DNA of 64,000 nucleotides from a virus. The notes beneath the pieces are model-generated. The model saw only the letters and a list, made by a program, of their open reading frames with translations. It ran no database searches and was not told the DNA's origin. Positions within the stretch are counted from its first letter, which is position 1, and each line of letters begins with the position of its first letter. The position numbers were made by a program, and so were the translations under genes. Location: IMG/VR virus record IMGVR_UViG_3300032285_004073, positions 32,001 to 96,000 of that record, one strand, 5' to 3'. Below are positions 56,759-64,000 of the stretch, piece after piece.

Positions 56759-57316
56759 ATGGCTAGAACTGAATGTATATATTGTGGATCTTCAACCTAC
56801 GGAAGACCTTGTATTTTTTCCCCTACTAATACTCATGTTCATATGGATGAACCTGGTAAATGTATTTATTGTGGATCTCAATATCAAGGTGGCGGATGTA
56901 TATGGAACCCTTACGGCAAAAATCATGTAAAGGGGCCAGAATATCTTAATAGAGCTGTGGTAAAAACCGAAAAAGCTATTGTTTTAAATTATGTTTTAAA
57001 TAAAATAAAAACACCTTTAGTTGAAGAATCTTATATATCCCCTTTAGATAGATTTTATAAAAGAATAATAGGCATAATGGCTAATGTAGCTGAACCTTTA
57101 TTAGAAGCTCTTTCTTTAAATAATACATCTGCTTATTCAAAGATATCTAAGACAGAGATGATTAAAGCTGTAGAATTTAAACAAAAATTGAAAACCCAGC
57201 TTTTAGAGATGACCAAGACCTTACACGAAGCAGAATTGCAATTACCACCAGAAATAGTAGAAGAATATCTAATTGAGGCTATAATAGATAGCCAAGATGA
57301 CAAATATAAGGATTAA
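56759..57316 (+). CDS. Hypothetical protein with two Cys/His repeats
   Basis: CIYCGS.TYGRPC..SP..THVH and CIYCGS.YQGGGC.WNP..KNHV. Confidence 0.65.
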   Translation: MARTECIYCGSSTYGRPCIFSPTNTHVHMDEPGKCIYCGSQYQGGGCIWNPYGKNHVKGPEYLNRAVVKTEKAIVLNYVLNKIKTPLVEESYISPLDRFYKRIIGIMANVAEPLLEALSLNNTSAYSKISKTEMIKAVEFKQKLKTQLLEMTKTLHEAELQLPPEIVEEYLIEAIIDSQDDKYKD

Positions 57317-57773
57317 AGATTATTTGGTGTATTATATGCATCAAAGGGTTATTATTTTCCCTATTCAAGAATACCAAGATATTTTAATTAGTAAAATTAT
57401 AAAAAATTTTATTGAGTGGGGTTTATTAGAAAATAAACAAATTACCTGTAAAGAAAAATATTTTAAATATTTTTTAGAAAAAGAATTAGATTCTATTTTA
57501 GATACTTTTAGAATGATGTTTTCTGATTTAAATATTAAAATATTAACAATTTATAAAGACAAAGAAATGTCTTTAGACTATCAATCTTTTTTTGTAACAC
57601 CAACAGATTTTAATAAAGCCTTGACAAAATCTTTGAAGAAAAAGACAAAATATTTTAAGCATGTAAAAAAAGATAACTTGTTGTTTATCAACACTCAAGG
57701 TGCATTTAAAGGGATAAAAATAGGCAATCCGAACGGAGAAGAAATAGAATTTTTACAAAAAGCCCTTGCATAA
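57297..57773 (+). CDS. Hypothetical protein
   Basis: 158 aa Lys-rich ORF overlapping the upstream gene by 20 nt. Confidence 0.5.
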   Translation: MTNIRIKDYLVYYMHQRVIIFPIQEYQDILISKIIKNFIEWGLLENKQITCKEKYFKYFLEKELDSILDTFRMMFSDLNIKILTIYKDKEMSLDYQSFFVTPTDFNKALTKSLKKKTKYFKHVKKDNLLFINTQGAFKGIKIGNPNGEEIEFLQKALA

Positions 57774-57848
57774 TTGAATTCAAGAAGTAATTAGAGAGAA
57801 GACTCGGTACCTCTTCTATAAAAAAACTTACTCTTTATACCCAGAATC

Positions 57849-57855
57849 ATAAGTA
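57849..57855 (+). promoter_or_regulatory. Late-promoter-like motif ATAAGTA heading the second glycan island
   Basis: 6 nt before ATG 57862. Confidence 0.55.
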
Positions 57856-57861
57856 TAAAAA

Positions 57862-58341
57862 ATGTATTATCCTAATAACTCGCTTAGTGATGAATTAACA
57901 AATAATAAAGATTCTTTTACTATAAAAGCTAAGCCTTTTTTAAAAAATGCTACACCATTAACGATTAATTCTTCGTATAATAATGTATCATCTTGCAATT
58001 TGACGGTGTATGGGAAAAATTTCTTTTCATTAAATAATGTATATATTAGTGCATCTAATAGTAATATGTTAGATAATGTTACATTATTTAACCCTTTTTC
58101 ATCTTTTAATAATTTATACCCAAATAATCCCCCTTTTCATGCTCAGGTAATTCCATCTTTTACACAGATAGATAATATAATACAATTTTATCTACCTAAT
58201 ATACATCATACTGGCTTTTTAGATATCATTATACAAAATGACGCTGGATATGCATTGTTAACAAGAGATTGTAAAAATTTAAGCTTAAGTTCTAATAACC
58301 CCTTTTTATTACTTTGTTTATCTGGTATACGAATCATTTAA
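57862..58341 (+). CDS. Hypothetical beta-rich (Ig/IPT-like) virion protein
   Basis: LTVYGKNF..VYIS..IQFYLP..GFLDIIIQNDAGY; ATAAGTA 6 nt upstream. Confidence 0.45.
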   Translation: MYYPNNSLSDELTNNKDSFTIKAKPFLKNATPLTINSSYNNVSSCNLTVYGKNFFSLNNVYISASNSNMLDNVTLFNPFSSFNNLYPNNPPFHAQVIPSFTQIDNIIQFYLPNIHHTGFLDIIIQNDAGYALLTRDCKNLSLSSNNPFLLLCLSGIRII

Positions 58342-58377
58342 AGGTGATTTATTTTTAAATTGTATTAAGTTAGATTA

Positions 58378-59331
58378 ATGTCTGACAAATACGTAATTTT
58401 TCATATTGATGGTGGTTGTGGTAAAAATATTGTTGCTACATCTATAATAAAATCGATTAAACAAGCTTATCCGGACCATAAACTTATAGTAGTTACTGCT
58501 TGGCCTGAAGTTTTTGTTCATAATCCTAATATTTTTAGGGTTTATAAATTTGGAATGATTCCTTATTTTTATGATGATTATATAAAAGATAAAGAATCAG
58601 TTATACTGAGAACCGAACCATATCATACAGGTGCTGTATTATATGGAACTAAATCCTTGGCAGAAGCTTGGTGTGATGTTTTTAGTATAGATGGTGTAAA
58701 AATTCCTTTTATAAATAACAAACCAGAAATTTATCTTTCAGAAAGAGAATTATTATTTGCTCAAAACAATTTACAAAAGGACGGACCTGTTTTATTGGTG
58801 CAATCAAGTGGTGGAGCTGAACAGCAAAGCCATCCTTATTCCTGGTCAAGGGATTTGCCGCCTCAATTTGCAGCTGAAATAGTAAATGATATTAAAGATA
58901 ATTTTTCTAAAATACTTCATATCAGAAGAGATAATCAACCCGAGATACCAGGTACTATTAAAATAACGGATAATTTTAGAAATCTTTTTTGTTATATAGC
59001 TTTATCTGATAAATTTCTCTGCATAGATTCTTTTACTCAACATGCAGCAGCAGCTTTTAATAAAAAAGCCACAGTAGGATGGATATCTAATTCACCCACG
59101 GTATTTGGATATGATATTCATGATAATATTTTAGCTACAGGAACAGAATCTTTCCGCCACCGTATTGATTCGTATTTAGAACAAGATGATTGGACCGGAG
59201 GAAGATTTCATGAATGTCCTTATGATAATATTAATAATCTCTTTGATAAAGAAAAGTTTATTGAATCTATCTTAGGATCTAAGAATGAATTATTGTTTGA
59301 TGCAAATCCAAATTCAACATTTAATTTTTAA
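58378..59331 (+). CDS. GT9-like (GT-B) glycosyltransferase
   Basis: IFHIDGGCGKNIVATSIIKSIK.AYP..LIVVT..PEVF.HNP, FLCIDSFTQHAAAAFNK. Confidence 0.72.
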   Translation: MSDKYVIFHIDGGCGKNIVATSIIKSIKQAYPDHKLIVVTAWPEVFVHNPNIFRVYKFGMIPYFYDDYIKDKESVILRTEPYHTGAVLYGTKSLAEAWCDVFSIDGVKIPFINNKPEIYLSERELLFAQNNLQKDGPVLLVQSSGGAEQQSHPYSWSRDLPPQFAAEIVNDIKDNFSKILHIRRDNQPEIPGTIKITDNFRNLFCYIALSDKFLCIDSFTQHAAAAFNKKATVGWISNSPTVFGYDIHDNILATGTESFRHRIDSYLEQDDWTGGRFHECPYDNINNLFDKEKFIESILGSKNELLFDANPNSTFNF

Positions 59332-59337
59332 TCTTAT

Positions 59338-60015
59338 ATGATATCATATTTAGGAAATGATAAAGATCCTAATCATCTTTATCAGGAAGATTTGGGTAAA
59401 CAATTATATAATGAAATAATAACTTTAGATTCATATTATTTAAGAGAATTTTTTAAAAATGATAATAGAGAAATTAATACTATTATAGATATAGGAGCAA
59501 ATATAGGTTACTATACATTATTAGCATCTATTTTATATCCCTATGCTAATAAAATCTTACTAGAACCGAATCCGGAAAATGTAAAAGTATTAAATGCTAA
59601 TTTCAAAGATTTCCAAAATATAAACATTATACCGAAAGCTTTAGGTGACAAGTCCAAGGTCAGTATGAAATTTGATCAAAGATGGAGTGGTTCTGATAGC
59701 GTTGTCAACGACATAAACGGTAATATAGATACTATAGAATTTAAAGATATTATACCACGTAATATTGGAAATTTTATATTAAAAGTAGATTGTGAAGGTG
59801 GTGAAAAATTTTTATTAAAGTCGGATCCTAGTTTTTTTAAAAACTGCGTTTATTTTACTTGTGAATTTCATGAAAATGAATATAATAATATTACAGAATG
59901 GGAGCACTGGTTAAAAAATACCTTTGCGTTCAATTACAATGTAATCAAAAAACCGCTTGGTAGGGATATGAATAATAATTTATATCTTTATTACGCTTAC
60001 AAAAAAACAAAATGA
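59338..60015 (+). CDS. FkbM family methyltransferase
   Basis: IIDIGANIGYY, LEPNPEN, ILKVDCEGGE, CEFH. Confidence 0.9.
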   Translation: MISYLGNDKDPNHLYQEDLGKQLYNEIITLDSYYLREFFKNDNREINTIIDIGANIGYYTLLASILYPYANKILLEPNPENVKVLNANFKDFQNINIIPKALGDKSKVSMKFDQRWSGSDSVVNDINGNIDTIEFKDIIPRNIGNFILKVDCEGGEKFLLKSDPSFFKNCVYFTCEFHENEYNNITEWEHWLKNTFAFNYNVIKKPLGRDMNNNLYLYYAYKKTK

Positions 60016-60836
60016 AAAACATATTTTTTAATTCCTCAATGCCTCGTAGTATGAGTACATTATTTCAATGTATTCTCAATCAACATCCAGAAATTCAAGC
60101 AACACAAACCGATCCAGTTTTAGAATATCTGTATGGGGCTAGAATAAATTATACAGATACCCCAGAAGCTAAGGCCATGGATAGAGACCTTGCTTTAAGG
60201 ACATGGAGAGGGTTTTGTCTCGGTGGACTAAATGGATATGCGGAAGCCTATACAGATAAGCCCAATCTTTGTATTAAAACTCGAGGAGGCACTATTCACT
60301 ATAAATGGTTTGAAGCCTTTTTGCCTTATAAACCAAAAATGATTTGTTTAGTAAGGAATTTAAAAAGTATTTTTGCATCTATGGAAAAGATCTATAGAAG
60401 AAATCAAGAATTCCATCAATCAATTCAAAATCATTCTGAAATGAGAGGTACCAACACAGCAAAAAGAATTGATACCTGGATTGCAGGACCACCTCTTGGA
60501 CTTGCCTTGGAAAGACTTCAACAGACCTTTTTAGAAGGTATTAATAAAGATGTTCATTATATAAGAGCTGAAGATTTAACAAGCTATCCACAAAAAGAAA
60601 TGGATAAGGTTTATCAATATTTGGGTATTGAGTCATTTAAACATGACTTTGATAATGTTGAGCAGACCGTTAAAGAGGATGATTCAGTTTATGGTTTAAC
60701 ACCAGATTTACATACTATTAGACAAAAGGTTCAACCTCTAACACCAGATTATAATACTATCTTAGGTAAGCAAGTATGTGATTGGATTGATAATAACTTT
60801 GCCTGGTATCAGCAAGGATTTGGCTATACAAAATAA
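60012..60836 (+). CDS. Sulfotransferase (P-loop, Sulfotransfer_3-like)
   Basis: SSMPRSMSTL..ILNQHP (5'-PSB-like), ICLVRNL..IFASM (3'-PB-like), IRAEDL..P..EMDKVY.YLG. Confidence 0.8.
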   Translation: MKNIFFNSSMPRSMSTLFQCILNQHPEIQATQTDPVLEYLYGARINYTDTPEAKAMDRDLALRTWRGFCLGGLNGYAEAYTDKPNLCIKTRGGTIHYKWFEAFLPYKPKMICLVRNLKSIFASMEKIYRRNQEFHQSIQNHSEMRGTNTAKRIDTWIAGPPLGLALERLQQTFLEGINKDVHYIRAEDLTSYPQKEMDKVYQYLGIESFKHDFDNVEQTVKEDDSVYGLTPDLHTIRQKVQPLTPDYNTILGKQVCDWIDNNFAWYQQGFGYTK

Positions 60837-60842
60837 TGAGAT

Positions 60843-61511
60843 ATGGTAAAGGTGTTTCATTTTGGTTCTTGTAGAACAGTTTTAGCACCTAAATTTAATA
60901 CTGATGAATATTATTTTGATAAGAATTACGACTTAACACACTCTACTAGAGAGATATTTACCTATTTGGATTTATATGATGGAATCCAAACAATGGATGA
61001 TATTCTCTTTCCGGAATGCTTAATGTATAATCCAGAAAAGTTTTCTATTCCTGGATATGCAAAAAGGTTAAAAGAGTCTGATGTTGTAATGATAGAAATC
61101 GCTACAGTTAAGCTTGTAGAGTATAAAGGTGTACACTATCAACAAAATAGAGTTAATCAGAATCCAAATGATTTTGTTAAGAACTATAGACAAACACGAG
61201 AAGAACTTATTGATGATTTAGAATTATTAAAATATAGAATTAGAAAACCTATTATATTCTTTGGTCATACAGATTTAAATTTTTATGATGTTCCTAACAT
61301 CTACGGTCATGTAGCCGAGAGACAAAGAATGGATGAAATTATAAGGAACAATACTGAACACCATATTATTATAGGGGACTTATTTGCAGGAAAGGACTAC
61401 AAAGAAGTCTGTGAAACTAATTTAGAAAAAACAGATACACATCATATAACAGATAAATCAAAAGAAGTTATATATAATGCTGTAGTTCAAAAAATTAAAA
61501 GTATATTATGA
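60843..61511 (+). CDS. Hypothetical protein (possible SGNH-like glycan modifier)
   Basis: FHFGSCR start, VMIEI, C-terminal DTHH; island context. Confidence 0.35.
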   Translation: MVKVFHFGSCRTVLAPKFNTDEYYFDKNYDLTHSTREIFTYLDLYDGIQTMDDILFPECLMYNPEKFSIPGYAKRLKESDVVMIEIATVKLVEYKGVHYQQNRVNQNPNDFVKNYRQTREELIDDLELLKYRIRKPIIFFGHTDLNFYDVPNIYGHVAERQRMDEIIRNNTEHHIIIGDLFAGKDYKEVCETNLEKTDTHHITDKSKEVIYNAVVQKIKSIL

Positions 61512-62275
61512 AAAATTTATCTATATGTACAGTTATAAAAAATGAAGCTCTTTATTTAGAGGAATGGATAGCTTATCATCGTCATATAGGGTTCGATCAT
61601 TTTTATATATACAATAATAATAGTAATGATAATCCATATCCTATATTTCAAAAATATAGAGACATTGTAACATTTAAAGAATGGGATTTAAATGATTGGC
61701 AACAAAAATTAGCTTATAAAGATTATTGTGAAAATTATAGCAACGATTCTAAATGGACTGCATTTATAGATGTAGATGAGTTTATTGTTTACAAAGGTAA
61801 TAAAGGATTACTTCAACATTTAATTGAGGAGGAAGTAGATGTAGCTTATGCTCACTGGAAAATATTTGGAACTAATGGCCATGTTAAAAGACCAAATGGT
61901 TTAGTTATTCAAAATTATACAGCTACTCACTCTGTGTGTCCCAACCCACTATGGAAAACGATATGTCGTTCTAGTCTTATAGATTCTGATCTTATAGATT
62001 CTCCGCACAGATTTAAATATAAAACTGATAAAATTAAATATCATTTCGATAAAGACATTTTAAATTTGTATCATTATATGCTAAAAAGTGAAGAAGATTT
62101 AAAATATAGATATACAAAGGGTGATGTATGGAACGCTAAAAATGCTAAAATAAGATCTTCGTATGTTGATCAAAATGTTAAATCATCTTTGAACAAATAT
62201 AACAATACAGATATAATAGATGATTATATGTTAAAGTATGTACCTTTGATAAAGAATAGAATAGCTGCTAAATAA
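61508..62275 (+). CDS. GT92/GT2-like glycosyltransferase
   Basis: LSICTVIKNEALYLEEWIAYH..GFDHFYIYNNNSND, WTAFIDVDEFI, LYHY. Confidence 0.85.
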   Translation: MKNLSICTVIKNEALYLEEWIAYHRHIGFDHFYIYNNNSNDNPYPIFQKYRDIVTFKEWDLNDWQQKLAYKDYCENYSNDSKWTAFIDVDEFIVYKGNKGLLQHLIEEEVDVAYAHWKIFGTNGHVKRPNGLVIQNYTATHSVCPNPLWKTICRSSLIDSDLIDSPHRFKYKTDKIKYHFDKDILNLYHYMLKSEEDLKYRYTKGDVWNAKNAKIRSSYVDQNVKSSLNKYNNTDIIDDYMLKYVPLIKNRIAAK

Positions 62276-62279
62276 TGTA

Positions 62280-63152
62280 TTGAAAACAAAACCTATATAT
62301 TTTTTAATAGACCCTAGATTTGGTTCTTCATACTTACGAGGGGAGCAAATATGTAATGCTTTAAAAGCTAAAGGTTATAATTGTAAATTAGCAACCAGAA
62401 TTGATCCCAATACTAAAAGATCTATTATATTCATTATTAAAAATATGATGGGTACAAGATCTTGGCTTACACCTAAATTCCATAAAAGCAATTTTGTTAT
62501 ATGGGATGTGGTTGATTATGTTTATGATGGAGACACACATGGTTTATTTTTAGAGAAGTACGATTATGCAGATTTGCTTATATTTCATAATAAAACATTT
62601 CCTTTATTTCTTGAAGAAGAATATAATGTTAAAAAAGATTATGCTGTAATACCTCACCATTGGGATAAAAGATTAAAGATATTTGATGTACCAAAAGATA
62701 AATTTAGATTTGGCTATATTGGAGATTTTAATTCGAGTATATTTTTAGAATTAGTAGACAGAAAGTACAACACAGGCTCACCAAATATCAATTGTAGGAC
62801 TAGTAATTTCTTAGCTCATTTTGAATTATATAATTGTCATTTTGATATAAAAGACCCAGACTGTTTAAAGTTTAAAAGTTGTTCTTCTATGAAGTTATCA
62901 ACAGCAGCAGCTTTAGATTGTGGAATTATATTGAATAAAACTTGGTCCAATATTGAATTATTACCAGAAGACTCTATTTTCTATTGTGATGAAATATCTG
63001 AGAAAGGTATTAAGAATAAAATAAAAGAGATAAAAAGTATATATGGTACAACAGAATGGGATCTAGCAATGAAACCTATTCAAAAAATTAAAAAGAGAAC
63101 TCATATAGACAATATTATAAAACTTTACGAAAATATAATCAATGAATATTAA
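62280..63152 (+). CDS. GT-B glycosyltransferase-like protein
   Basis: SSYLRGEQI, IWDVVD, VIPHH, FGYIG, KSCSSMKLSTAAAL. Confidence 0.6.
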   Translation: MKTKPIYFLIDPRFGSSYLRGEQICNALKAKGYNCKLATRIDPNTKRSIIFIIKNMMGTRSWLTPKFHKSNFVIWDVVDYVYDGDTHGLFLEKYDYADLLIFHNKTFPLFLEEEYNVKKDYAVIPHHWDKRLKIFDVPKDKFRFGYIGDFNSSIFLELVDRKYNTGSPNINCRTSNFLAHFELYNCHFDIKDPDCLKFKSCSSMKLSTAAALDCGIILNKTWSNIELLPEDSIFYCDEISEKGIKNKIKEIKSIYGTTEWDLAMKPIQKIKKRTHIDNIIKLYENIINEY

Positions 63153-63798
63153 AGTAGTTACATCCATTGTAGGTAATGGAAGGGATAGATTAACAGATAA
63201 AATTATTAAGGAAGATAATGTTGAATATGTTGCTTACACTGAACAACATTCAGATTTGTGGACAGTTAAACCTCCCTGTAACATCTTTAACGAAAATAAA
63301 AAGAATGCTAAGATACATAAGATATTAATTCATCAGTACGAACCTTGTGATGTATCTATTTGGATGGATGGAAATGTAGATATTTTAAAACCCCCTACTC
63401 AAGTAGTAAATGAATTACTAGGCGATGCGGATATAGCAATTTGTAGACACCCTAAACGAACTAATGAATTAGAAGAAGGCGCTCATATCATAAAAGAAAA
63501 AGTAGAACGAGAGGGTATAGTTTTAAAACAACTTAAGAAGTATAAAGAAGATAAACAATATATGCTTTATACTCCAGACTTACTTTGTTTTGCTACAGTT
63601 CTAATAAGAAGACATACCAAAGAAGTTGAAGCTTTTAACAATCATTGGTGGTCTGAAATAACAACAGGGTCATTCAGAGATCAAATATCACTTCCTTATG
63701 TTATTAGCAAACATAAGTTAAAGTATAATATTTTTAGCAATAATGAACTTAATGAAAACTTTTTAAGAGTTCATCACGAACCTATTAGATATTCTTAA
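63142..63798 (+). CDS. DUF616 / TOD1-MUCI70-like glycosyltransferase
   Basis: VTSIVG..D.L, KILIHQY, SIWMDGN, RHP.R, RDQISLPYV. Confidence 0.75.
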   Translation: MNIKVVTSIVGNGRDRLTDKIIKEDNVEYVAYTEQHSDLWTVKPPCNIFNENKKNAKIHKILIHQYEPCDVSIWMDGNVDILKPPTQVVNELLGDADIAICRHPKRTNELEEGAHIIKEKVEREGIVLKQLKKYKEDKQYMLYTPDLLCFATVLIRRHTKEVEAFNNHWWSEITTGSFRDQISLPYVISKHKLKYNIFSNNELNENFLRVHHEPIRYS

Positions 63799-64000
63799 CC
63801 CAAGGAATAGAAGAAAGAGAAAGAACTTCTACCAATTTAGCAGAAGCTGTTTCATTAGTCCAATTACCTGCTGAGGTATATTCATCATCACCTTTCCAGA
63901 GATAAACACTTAAAGGTAATTCAGGTATTTTAGCTATAATCTCTTTATCAGAAAAAGAATCTATAATTTTTACATCAGTAATTGAACTAATATCTAAATT
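63785..64000 (-). CDS. Hypothetical protein, 3' part only (start beyond window)
   Basis: Manual translation NLDISSITDVKIIDSFSDKEIIAKIPELPLSVYLWKGDDEYTSAGNWTNETASAKLVEVLSLSSIPWVKNI-stop. Confidence 0.6.
   Translation of the reverse strand, partial: NLDISSITDVKIIDSFSDKEIIAKIPELPLSVYLWKGDDEYTSAGNWTNETASAKLVEVLSLSSIPWVKNI

Noticed and set aside
57774-57861. Short inverted repeat AGAAGA-ctcggtacc-TCTTCT as terminator or ncRNA
   Set aside because: Only a 6 bp purine-rich stem without a convincing T-tract; too weak to call
1-64000. Stop-codon reassignment, as in some large phages
   Set aside because: Core genes are full length and coding density is near-complete under the standard code; TAG and TGA both terminate genes
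1-64000. tRNA, rRNA, CRISPR array, integrase or transposase
   Set aside because: Intergenic gaps are mostly under 100 nt; no cloverleaf, repeat-spacer or recombinase motifs were recognised by eye (tRNAscan would be decisive)

Overview
64 kb fragment of a large, AT-rich, T4-like (myovirus-type) bacteriophage genome, almost fully coding under the standard code. (1) 1-2.2 kb, minus strand: small genes and phoH. (2) 2.3-21.4 kb, plus strand: tail and baseplate morphogenesis (sheath, tube, hub, tape measure, gp48/gp53/gp3-like), large terminase, and a split gp5-like spike whose OB-fold carries an inserted 3D/RlpA-like lytic transglycosylase domain. (3) 21.4-56.1 kb, minus strand: T4-type replication/recombination core (gp45, gp32, gp41, UvsX, gp43, gp46, gp47, gp55, UvsW, UvsY, ThyX). 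A 7-deazaguanine DNA-modification set is dispersed through it (FolE2, QueD, QueE, a DpdA/TGT-like protein; no QueC in the window). A 12 kb glycosyltransferase/methyltransferase island lies between gp47 and gp46. (4) 56.1-63.8 kb, plus strand: GIY-YIG nuclease, hypotheticals and a second glycan island with a sulfotransferase. A T4-late-promoter-like motif (nTAA[A/G]TA) recurs 5-7 nt before start codons and Shine-Dalgarno sites are largely absent, suggesting leaderless mRNAs. No tRNA, rRNA, CRISPR array, integrase, intron or intein was recognised. All assignments come from motif recognition by eye; no database search was run.
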